Assembly: GCF_964204645.1 (NCBI RefSeq)
Contig: NC_134030.1
Span: 5,126,778-5,190,777, forward strand
DNA: 64,000 nucleotides
DNA from: Tubulanus polymorphus
Lineage: Eukaryota > Animalia > Nemertea
Reading direction: 5' to 3'
Shown here: one piece after another, positions 25,743-35,534 of the stretch
Layout: every line of letters starts with the position of its first letter
Position numbering within the stretch: position 1 is the stretch's first letter
Notes under the pieces: generated by a model
Told to the model about the DNA's origin: nothing
The model's database searches: none
Seen by the model: only the letters and a program-made list of their open reading frames with translations
Position numbers and translations under genes: made by a program

Positions 25743-26844
25743 TTAAGCATTTAAGTCGTTTCGCAAATGTACTAGAATTGCGTTGACATTGAAATTAAAT
25801 TTTCCATCTACACCTAGTGGAAACCTTTCCATATAGACATCAAACGCATCGTCTATGAATTCAGATATTTCTGTCTCAGCAATTCGTTCTGTATGAGGTA
25901 TAATCACCCTGAAGCCTCCTAGAAAATAAAAACATTTTCATTCCAAAAAACGTTTAATAGCGAGAAAAATAATTTAAGGTAAATTTCACGACGTATCTTA
26001 CCTTTTGCAGCTTGCAGATCAGGAAAGGTATAATCAATTGAACTGATCATACAGTCTTTCACAGAAAACCCTAATGATTCAGCCATTCGCCGATAACCGA
26101 CGACTTCATCAGGATATCTCCATTCACTGTATTCATCAAAACCCGGCTGTTCTATCCATTCTGGGTGAAATTCCTATCATAAAACATGATGTACATTTCT
26201 GTTAATTATTTCTGTACTAGAACCAATTTCCAACCCAAAACAGTTGTAGAACTACCGAATATCTTTATTATAACTACCTGAAAATAAGGAGCCCATTTTT
26301 CCAACTTTGTTACTAATTCAAACATACTGACGATGGATTCGGCTGATGTAGAAATCAACAGAATTATTTCACCATTCGGGGAAAGCAGGGATTTCATATT
26401 TTCTAAATTTGAATATTGACTTGGGGTCCAGTTGAGGGCTAGAAACGAAGTTATCAAGTCGAATTTGTGTCGCCATTCCGGCCTGAATGAATCAGGTTTG
26501 GTCACGTCAGCGACTAAGTATTCAATCTTAGGATTTGGATATTTCAATCGAGCAAATTCAACCATTGATTCATTCTGAAATGAAATAAGCAAAAATAAGT
26601 ATTTAAAGCGTCAAATCATCATCAAGCCTTATGGTGTTTCTATATTTACCTTATCAAAAGCAACGAAATTTTCAACATTGTTGATTTCATTTAGTATTGT
26701 ATTAGTGACCTCTCCGCTACCGCAGCCTATATCCAATACATTCCTGTAACCATTTTGACGAAACTTAATCGATGACAAAATATCAGCAGCCCATTTTTTT
26801 TGAAAATCGTTATTATCTGAGTAAAGTTGTCCGGTTGGATTCAT
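25743..26844 (-). CDS. JHAMT-like SAM-dependent methyltransferase, copy A (4 exons)
   Basis: Same motifs as copy B (VLDIGCGSG; FDLITSFLALNW). Exons ~26844-26650, 26575-26278, 26173-26003, 25918-25743, ending ...LRNDLNA*. Confidence 0.88.
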
Positions 26845-27454
26845 TCTAATTATTCACCTCAATAGTGTCAAAGCTAGTAATCCCGAGTTGAATGTGTATA
26901 TAACTAAATTTCTCAAGCTTCGTACAAACCCTTATCTTAAGACCCTTATCTTGACGAAAATAGCCTAAAACGCTCCAGTATACTTATAATTTGCTCTCCA
27001 AAAATTAACTTTATTTTTGCTACACACCTAAAATTATATATTAAGTTTGCCACATACATTTAGTTTGCCACAGTTTATCACATACATGTCATGACACAGT
27101 TTATATATCATTTAACCAAGATGAACTTTGTCAGTGAACTATGTCAGTCAGAAAGTCAGGGATATATATCTGTCCATCGCGGTATCTTTCACAAACGATT
27201 TCTGAGGCGTCGGTGTTGTCCATGTATGGCGTAGCACACGTTAAATGAGATTTAGAAAAATGCCACATAATAATACTGCTGAAATATACTATTCAGAATT
27301 TTCACTAAATCATCTATTTTTTGGTATTGTTAATTTGAATATTTTCACCAAATGGAATATGAGGCCGTTGTCTTAAATTTCAGCATTGTATCAAAAGCAC
27401 CCCAAAGCGAGTAGCGAAAGGCAGGCACTTCATGGCTCCTCCGTATCATGGAAA

Positions 27455-28684
27455 TCACCGAGATTTTGTTTTGTTTGTTTTTGCTTTAATACAAATACAG
27501 CATCCGGCAAAAAATGTTACGAATCGCCTCCTGAAAACGCTTAGTGTCCCTATGTATATGAAAAAGTTAACGCAAAACACCGAATACCGCAGCGTCATAG
27601 ATACTATTTCTAATTGAAACCACACATCAGTAAGATATAAAGGTAAAGGCGTGGTGTTGTCGTTCAACAAGGTTGTGCTGTTGTAGTACATGTATTTCAG
27701 AAATGAAGGTTCCATATTCATAGCTTCGTACACAGATTTAATGCCAGAATTTGGTAACACTAGTACAATAAAGACAATAACTACAACGAGAAGAGTTTTA
27801 CTAGCCGCAGACTGATGGCGATCCATTTTTGCTCCGAGACCAGTAGATCTTTTCGCACGTGAAACAGCAGTCAACACTGATACTATTACAATCGCTATAG
27901 AAGGAAATATATCTTGGAAAACCGTTTTCAATGCTGTCATCGTTGATCTCTGGTACCAGTCACCGAAGTCAAGAAATTGACGACACGATAACCGAAGGAA
28001 TGTGTGATCGTGCCGGATTATCTTACGGAGATAAACACGCGTGTTACCAAACACGGCATCGAAGTTCATAGCATAAGACCACAATATAACAACACCTACT
28101 GCAATCCTGCGTAGAGTGACCGTGAAATACTTCATGTGAAAGAAGGGAAAACGGATTGAAACGAATCTCTCCATAGAGATCACGAGTACAATATAGTTTG
28201 AAATGAAAATACACTGATTATAAAGAAGCTTTCCGAATAAACAAGAGGGAATCCATCGTCTGGGAACATATTCGAAATAGTAATAGAAATAGTAAAATGA
28301 CGGGCATAATTTGCTATGTTTTACTTGCGTCATATAATCTACAGGACATTGTTTAGAGTATCCTAGCTGATGTAGAGTTGATCTTAGTGAAGATGGGAAA
28401 TCCTTCAGCGCGACCAGGACGACTATTTGATCCGCAAAAGCGAGAGTAATGAGATATGGGAAAGTGTAACGAACTGACTGACATTTCCTGCAACTGATCA
28501 GTAAAATGATAGTTAAAACGTTTAACACAAACCCGAGCGGAAAAATGAATATGACGCGGACATTTTTGATAAAGTATAAAACGTAATGTCCGGTTCCAAA
28601 GATTAATCTATGGGCGGGAGAATTAACGGCGTAGTAAGATATTGTAGTCGACGTGACGGCAATAGTCGTGTTATCATTATCCAT
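27455..28684 (-). CDS. Intronless class A (rhodopsin-like) GPCR, FMRFamide/peptide receptor-like orphan
   Basis: 409-aa ORF with 7 hydrophobic segments, GxxLN in TM1, LAFAD in TM2, ISMERF (DRY equivalent), VLP in TM6 and VNFFIY in TM7. Confidence 0.92.
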   Translation of the reverse strand: MDNDNTTIAVTSTTISYYAVNSPAHRLIFGTGHYVLYFIKNVRVIFIFPLGFVLNVLTIILLISCRKCQSVRYTFPYLITLAFADQIVVLVALKDFPSSLRSTLHQLGYSKQCPVDYMTQVKHSKLCPSFYYFYYYFEYVPRRWIPSCLFGKLLYNQCIFISNYIVLVISMERFVSIRFPFFHMKYFTVTLRRIAVGVVILWSYAMNFDAVFGNTRVYLRKIIRHDHTFLRLSCRQFLDFGDWYQRSTMTALKTVFQDIFPSIAIVIVSVLTAVSRAKRSTGLGAKMDRHQSAASKTLLVVVIVFIVLVLPNSGIKSVYEAMNMEPSFLKYMYYNSTTLLNDNTTPLPLYLTDVWFQLEIVSMTLRYSVFCVNFFIYIGTLSVFRRRFVTFFAGCCICIKAKTNKTKSR

Positions 28685-29293
28685 GATTTCGGAACAAGAA
28701 GTCAGCTCTGCGTCGCCTCTGTATCTGACATCATCTAGATTATCTTAACAGCGAAACTAACTCGTGCGAATAGCCACGGGCGACGAGTTTGTCTCTCTTC
28801 ATAACATAACTATATAATTTGCCATAAGTACCCGACAAATATAGATCTTACAATTATCTTTCTTTCCTATTTTTTCAAGAGTCACAACTCAATATCCATT
28901 ATAGACACTGCGTAATTGGTCTCTTTACTACGTATAACGGTAGATCATCGACAGAAATATATTTTCAAGCGCCAATATTGCCACGGGGAAAATACACGAC
29001 AATGACATGTAGACCAGAAAACTATAAATATTAAAAGAGAGTTCAATCTGATGATGAGATTTTTATTAATTGAATGAAAATAGATGTACAACAAGATGTA
29101 AAATTTATTAACGGAAAGAATATGGAGATACCGAACGTTTCGAAAACGCATTGTTCGCAGAAGAAAATATTTTTGTTTTGTTTTCATTTATCTAGATTAG
29201 CTGAAATATTTCCATACAACATATTTTCTCTTCGGTCCTGATGGGCCTCACGACCTTGTTGTGCTGTGAGCCTGGTGGCCATTTGAGCTTGTG

Positions 29294-30415
29294 TCAGGAT
29301 TTATCGACGGGGTAAACGAGAGGCATTTGGATCCTGATCGGGCACAGGCGGTTACACTTCACCGTACAACACAGACCGAGTCTATATACGCCGTATTTAT
29401 CGTGCAGTTGTCCACCGAAAACCACGGGAAAACACATCGTAAATATGGGCGTTCCGCAGCTAATACAAGACGCCGTCGGAACGGACAATACTTCTAGTAA
29501 ATTCCGGGGAAGGCATCTGGTGTTTACGGCTGATCTAAAATTCAGGAATACGCTACGTAAAGCAAGTTCTAATAACGTCACGACTGCGAAATTCGTGCTG
29601 TTTCCAATACACAAAATTTCCTCCGGAAGATGAACTAATTCATCGGTGTCGTCGTTTTTTGTCGGCACAAAGACCGATGAAAATTCATGCGGCATAGAAT
29701 TGTCGCACGTTGAGTCTTTCGTTCTAGCGCAGCCGTTTATTCCGAGTTTTTGCGCGGTTAAACTGATGGGAACAACGTTTAAAGTGCGATTCCCGTCGAC
29801 CAGTACCGAGCCGAGATTCTTTAAGTAGCCCAAATCGAGTGGAATACAGCGCAAACAGTTTCCAACCGCAGAAATTTCCTGCAACGAATCGAGCGCGCAA
29901 ATCTGCCGAGGAAGCACTTCTAGACGATTTCGATCTAGGACTAAACGTTCTAGAGGTCGTTTGACAGGAGCGTTACCGGTATGCGAAATGTTCAAAGAAA
30001 TTCGCCGCAAATCGTTGCCGGTCAGATCTAGAACGCGTAGATTCGGTAATTGCCATATCTTTGACGGTACGAACCGGAACTTATTTCTCGCCAGCGATAA
30101 CGTTCGTAGCGCTGTTAGCCCATCGATCGAATCGGGAAGCTTTTCGAGTTTGTTCGAATCTACGTTCAACGAAACTAAACATTTCAAATCCCCGATCGCG
30201 TCCGGCAACGAGCTCAAATCATTATCGCAAATGTAAAGTTCAACGAGATTGCATAGATTTGATATATTTGCTGGCAGGCTTGTCAATAGGTTACGTTTTA
30301 AGTAAAGCCGCTTGATGTTCCCATAATTACGGGTTTTAGTTAAGTAAGCCGGGAGTACTGAGAGACCTCGGAAGTTCAGCAATAAGACTCCGCCATCCAA
30401 GTCATCATCGGCCAT
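29294..30415 (-). CDS. LRRC28: Leucine-rich repeat-containing protein 28-like (single coding exon)
   Basis: N-terminus LLLNFRGL...IKRLYLKRNLLTSLP..LVELY resembles LRRC28; about 9 LRRs, TLLELALR, and a C-terminal CxxC...CCxxxC cluster. Confidence 0.85.
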   Translation of the reverse strand: MADDDLDGGVLLLNFRGLSVLPAYLTKTRNYGNIKRLYLKRNLLTSLPANISNLCNLVELYICDNDLSSLPDAIGDLKCLVSLNVDSNKLEKLPDSIDGLTALRTLSLARNKFRFVPSKIWQLPNLRVLDLTGNDLRRISLNISHTGNAPVKRPLERLVLDRNRLEVLPRQICALDSLQEISAVGNCLRCIPLDLGYLKNLGSVLVDGNRTLNVVPISLTAQKLGINGCARTKDSTCDNSMPHEFSSVFVPTKNDDTDELVHLPEEILCIGNSTNFAVVTLLELALRSVFLNFRSAVNTRCLPRNLLEVLSVPTASCISCGTPIFTMCFPVVFGGQLHDKYGVYRLGLCCTVKCNRLCPIRIQMPLVYPVDKS

Positions 30416-30877
30416 TCTACTGACTCAGTGTTTCTTAGTCGAATTTTCGCAGCTGAAATTTTAAATCTTAAATATAAGTTGACTATACACATAACCTAGT
30501 TCCACTACAGTAGCTTATTAAATTCAAGTCCAAAAGCTTGTTACATTCAGTTCATTTACAGAGTAATAACGGCAGCATGGCATTTCTTCTTAAGATTACG
30601 TCGAACGAATTGAAACAGACTAAAGATTTTACGAGTTAGGTGATGATTTCTCAATTTCGACGATATTCTACACTAACGAAACTATCATGAAATTAATAAC
30701 AAATATAAATCCTACCTTTTGAAAGCAGTTATACACCACGAAAACGTTTCAGTTAGGATCAGAGGTTTAAAAAAAATTTAGGTACTTCCTCAAATTCTGC
30801 TATATTGCTATGACTGATTGAATTGATCGTGTAGATCCGGAGAGAAGTCCATATTCGCATTTTATCTACCATTCAAA

Positions 30878-33115
30878 ATGGCGATGAGAATTTTGGTCGG
30901 TGTTAAACGAGTGATCGATTATGCCGTAAAGGTGCGTATCCTTCGCTGTTTTCCTATTTCTAATAGCTGAATATCAACGAAAAGCAGTTTTTTAAAACTA
31001 CAAGGCGGTTGATTTTGATCCAACCTCAAAGAATACGTCTAAAAACTTGTTAGAATGATTTGGATTGTAGTCTGTGTCTAGTCCGTTCAGTATACAAGAC
31101 TTATGCAATCCAAAATGATACAAACAGTTGTTGACCCGTATCCCAGGAACTATATATTTAAAAATACTTTTTATCTAATTTTTTAAGGGGCTTTACATTC
31201 TGAAAAAATCTGACTCGGGGAATTAAATGGGTTTGCTTAAAAATGGCACTAGTAGGGTCTGCTGAGTTAGTACCTTATTGATATTGTTGCCGTTGGTGTA
31301 AGATTTTTTGGATGGGCTGTTGTTAGTGTGAAAAGTGTTTAATTATGCCAATCAATGTGGTTTTTGAAAATTTCTGAAGCTGAAACTAAATCACAGACAG
31401 AGTAGAGATGGGTCAGGATCCAGGATGGGAGAGTAGGTCTTTAATAATTGAACGGCATGATGTTTAATTAATAACTTCAGGTAAGAGTGAAGCCTGATAA
31501 AACGGGCGTTGTCACTGAGGGTGTTAAACATTCTATGAATCCGTTTGATGAGATAGCTATGGAAGAAGCTGTTCGCTTGAAAGAGAAAAAACTAGCTCAG
31601 GAAATCATTGCTGTTTCGTGTGGTCCAACTCAATCCCAGGTAAAATTGCGAAGATTTAAAGCCTTAATCTTTTTTGGAAAAATTATCAAAATTTCATAAT
31701 GTTTTCTATATTCCAATCTTATTCAATATATCGTCATAGAATACTGCACTTCTTAACCTTGAATTTTGACATTTTCTCTTTGAATAAAATCTTGAAAAAT
31801 CTCGAAAAAGAATTTTGGAATGATCTGAGTAGAATTAACCCTGACTTGGTGGTAGCAATGGAATAGAATGATCAATAAGTTAACTGCATTTCATTTAATT
31901 CCATTATCGTTTATACTTCAGGAAACTATCAGGACTGCGTTAGCGATGGGAGCAGATCGCGGTATTCACATCGAAGTTGATCAGAAACAAATCGAGAAAA
32001 TGCAACCAATACTGATCGCGAAGATGCTCGCGAAAATTGCGCAAGAAGAAAAAGTAGATCTTTTACTCGTCGGCAAACAGGTAGATAAATAAAGTGATTG
32101 CTTTATTACAGTAAAAGCAATATTTATGAGAAGCCATTCAAAATGGATATACCAGTAGGGCCTTAACGCTTTTACAGGGGTGGAGGAGGGAAAACATTGA
32201 CCTCTTCCTATGTACAAAGCTTGATGTTATGTAGTGGTGCATGATTGTTGGGAATTGGCAAAATGTAATGAATATGATGCTAGAAATGCTTTTTAATGTC
32301 CCACCCCTAATATCTCTGTAACTTCCAATGAATGCTCATAATATCTTATATCAGCATACTCAATGAATACTGTTGTTAACCTCCTCAAATTTTAACACTT
32401 TCTGCTCAAAAAGTCGGACTTTTTGAGAATATACTGTAGTTATAGTATGAATCCTGATACTGTTATTCTAAATTCCATTTTCTCAGGCAATAGATGATGA
32501 CTGTAATCAGACAGGACAGATGACGGCTGCGATTCTCGACTGGCCGCAAGCGACGTTCGCTTCCGTCGTAGAGAAACTCGACGGTGATCTAAAAGTTACG
32601 CGAGAAGTTGACGGAGGATTAGAAACGATTCAGGTGAAATTACCGGCCGTTGTTTCAGCTGATTTACGATTGAACGAACCTAGATACGCAACTTTACCGA
32701 ATATCATGGTAAGTCGAAGCTTTTTCAGTTCCTTTTAGAGAACACACGTTTCAATCTGAACCACCCTTTCTGTAACTACGTTGCCTATCTTACAAAGGGC
32801 CCCTACGACTCCTTAATTACTTCTAAATGGAAAATGCTTAGGACAGTGCATTAAATATCCTTTATTTTTTCAACAAAATGCCTGAAACTCATTCAATTTC
32901 GATTCTCTTGTCAGAATCTGATGGATGTTTAATTCATTTTACAGAAAGCCAAGAAGAAACCGATTGCAAAGAAAACTCCCGCTGATTACGGCGTTGAAGT
33001 CACCGAAAGACATGAAATATTAGAAGTATGTGAACCTCCCGTTCGAGAAGCTGGTGTGAAAGTAGAATCAGTTGAAGAATTGGTCGGTAAATTAAAGGAT
33101 GCAGGAGTTGTATGA
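30878..33115 (+). CDS. ETFB: Electron transfer flavoprotein beta subunit; exons 30878-30931, 31481-31639, 31922-32080, 32487-32708, 32945-33115
   Basis: [67 protein letters not shown]. Confidence 0.98.
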
Positions 33116-33828
33116 GTTAAGGTAAGTTTCAATCACTTACAGTTGCTGATTTCGTCTTTTTTGAAAAGAAGAAATTAATTATTGTTTTCTCTTTTCCAGT
33201 TTTAGTCGAACGAATGCAGAGTGAACGAAATAACAAGTTTTGATTTTAGGAAATTAACAACTGCCGTGTCATTAAATGATTGATATTTCCATTTACAATA
33301 TGTAAAATGTATATAAATAAATTATCTAGTATGCGTTTAACAAATGTTCATATTCCATTGTGGATCTGAAGATCATCTCTATGCTACCCTTAAAATTGAC
33401 GAAATACGACATGAATATTTTTATTACCGCATATTTATTTTGTATAAAATTAAATTCTAGGATGTTAGATCCTAGATAACAATCATGAGGCCTGGCCTAA
33501 GAAGTTTCTACCAGAGGTTTTTAAGCAATAATCGTTGAGTTCTTAGTAAATTCAAACAATGATAACGCGACCTCAATGATAACCGGTACAGAACAACTTC
33601 ATAACTGGTTTGTAAGCTGTTACTGCATGCTATAACTGCTTATCTCAAGAATGCTGTACCGCTATCATGAACTTGAATAGCTGTCAACAAAGTTTTAGCG
33701 ACATATAGTTTTCCAAAGGCTGATTTGAAGTGAATGCAGATATTCGTCATTCAGAACTGCATTCCATCTTCATTATGTATCATAAGGAATTCTTTCTCTA
33801 AATCCTAGATTGTGTATTGCACATGCTT

Positions 33829-35438
33829 TCATAAGTCTAATGGATTGAGTCCGAATTCGAGAAGCACTTGTTTATTTCTGGCTTGAATCATTGTCGATTC
33901 GTGTTCCCACTTAAGTTTAGCCGCGTCTATTTTTGCAGCGAGGTTATCCATTGTATCCTGCAATAAAAGGGCTCAATCGTATATTAAACACACCAGTAAA
34001 AGTAAACTCAGATCTGTGGAATTTGTGTCTAAGTCGAGAAGATAAACATCTGTGTAAGATGTGAGAGAAATCCATCAATAATTTAGCCGAAGATGTTAAT
34101 TTTCTAGGGTAGAAGGTTTATGAATTGAACAATGATTCAGTTAAGACTATTTGCCATTATCAGACATATGTTGCAAAATATATGCCCTCATACCCCTAAG
34201 AACTTTACATCTTGGGCTGAATTGTTGTGGGATTTCTCTTGTATATTGTGTCTAAGCTACTTACAGCTAATATATTCTCGTAAGCCATTCCCATTGTATC
34301 AATCTTCAACTGTAATGTGCTTATTTGTTCGTCTTTATCACGTATTACACGTTCCTTTTCTTCACGAGTTTGTTTCAACTCGAACTCTGTGTGTTCTGAA
34401 AATATCAATTGTCAAAAAAATGATATCCATTTGGTGGTCCAATTTTTTTAACTGGCATTTCTCTCTGTATCAGAGAGGCTCGTATTAGAGTTGTAGGTAC
34501 GGAACTATCATTTTTACAGTCCCTACAACTTACGAGGCCCTGAAGGTCCAAAAATTGATATGAAATTGATATGAACAGAATGGAAATTTATTTTAATCCA
34601 CAAGTAATGGCACAAGACCTCTTAGTTTAACCTTGAGTCAAACCTCAATTGAGAACATGCAACTGGATCCTGGTTATCTATGCAAAGCCCTGATATCAGA
34701 AGTTTAAAAGTAATCATATATACAGGGCGTAGGCCTACCTAATTTTCTTCTGGTTAGTTCTAATTCAGTTTCGAGTTGATGTACGGTTAGCCCCATCTGT
34801 GTCTGCATAGTTTTATACTGCCGCGTCATATCTGAAAAAAGTGAGGAATCATGAATTGAAACCTTACAGACTTTGCACTAGTGTTTTAATGAACTTGTCG
34901 TGACTCTGAAATCCATCAGTTTTGAAGACTACACATAGGGGCCTATACACGTCATATTCATTGAATGCATACCCGCACTAACAGCTTTTGCTTCTTTTTC
35001 TTTTTCCTTCATCTTTTCCTCTCTTTCCTCTATTTCACTGCGCATGTCTTGTCTTGCGGACTGTGCCCGTAATGTCAACTCCTTCCTGATGGCTAAAAAA
35101 AAAATAGAAATATATTAGAAAACTTGAAAAACCTAGAATTTGATTTTTTGGGGTCTTTCATTTGATAACGTACCTAAATGATCTTTCAGGGCGGATATTT
35201 CTTGCATTGTCTTCTTATACTTTTCTTCTATTTCCAATCCTGCATCTGAAATTCAAATTCAGAACATGATACAAAAATGATACATTTTTAAAGTCGGGAA
35301 GGCTTGGCAAGCCGCAGGGAGGGCTGTCCTGTATACCTCTCTCTCTGCTGCATAAAAGGCATACTTACCATCTTTCTTCTTTCCCTTTTTACCTTTCTTC
35401 TTACCCCCCTTTTTTCCACCCTTTTTCTTCGGCGGCAT
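33829..35438 (-). CDS. CCDC153: Coiled-coil domain protein 153 / dynein regulatory complex protein 12 (multi-exon)
   Basis: MPPKKKGGKKGGKKK start, DMTRQYKTMQ motif, coiled-coil exons, and C-terminal LLEFGLNPLDL*. Confidence 0.85.
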
Positions 35439-35521
35439 GGTTGATGAAAAGAGAAAAAAATATTAGGCGAAATATGAAGAAAACCACGGACAGAAACAAG
35501 GAAGTAAAAATCCGCGACGCC

Positions 35522-35534
35522 GTAACCGAGCAAC
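35522..35534. promoter_or_regulatory. RFX X-box upstream of CCDC153
   Basis: GTAACC-G-AGCAAC matches GTNRCC-N(0-3)-RGYAAC, about 85 nt upstream of the ATG of a motile-cilia gene. Confidence 0.6.

Noticed and set aside
29294-30415. LRRC58 as an alternative identity
   Set aside because: The N-terminal LNFRGL / RLYLKRN / LVELY pattern fits LRRC28 better from recall; a reciprocal BLAST would settle it.
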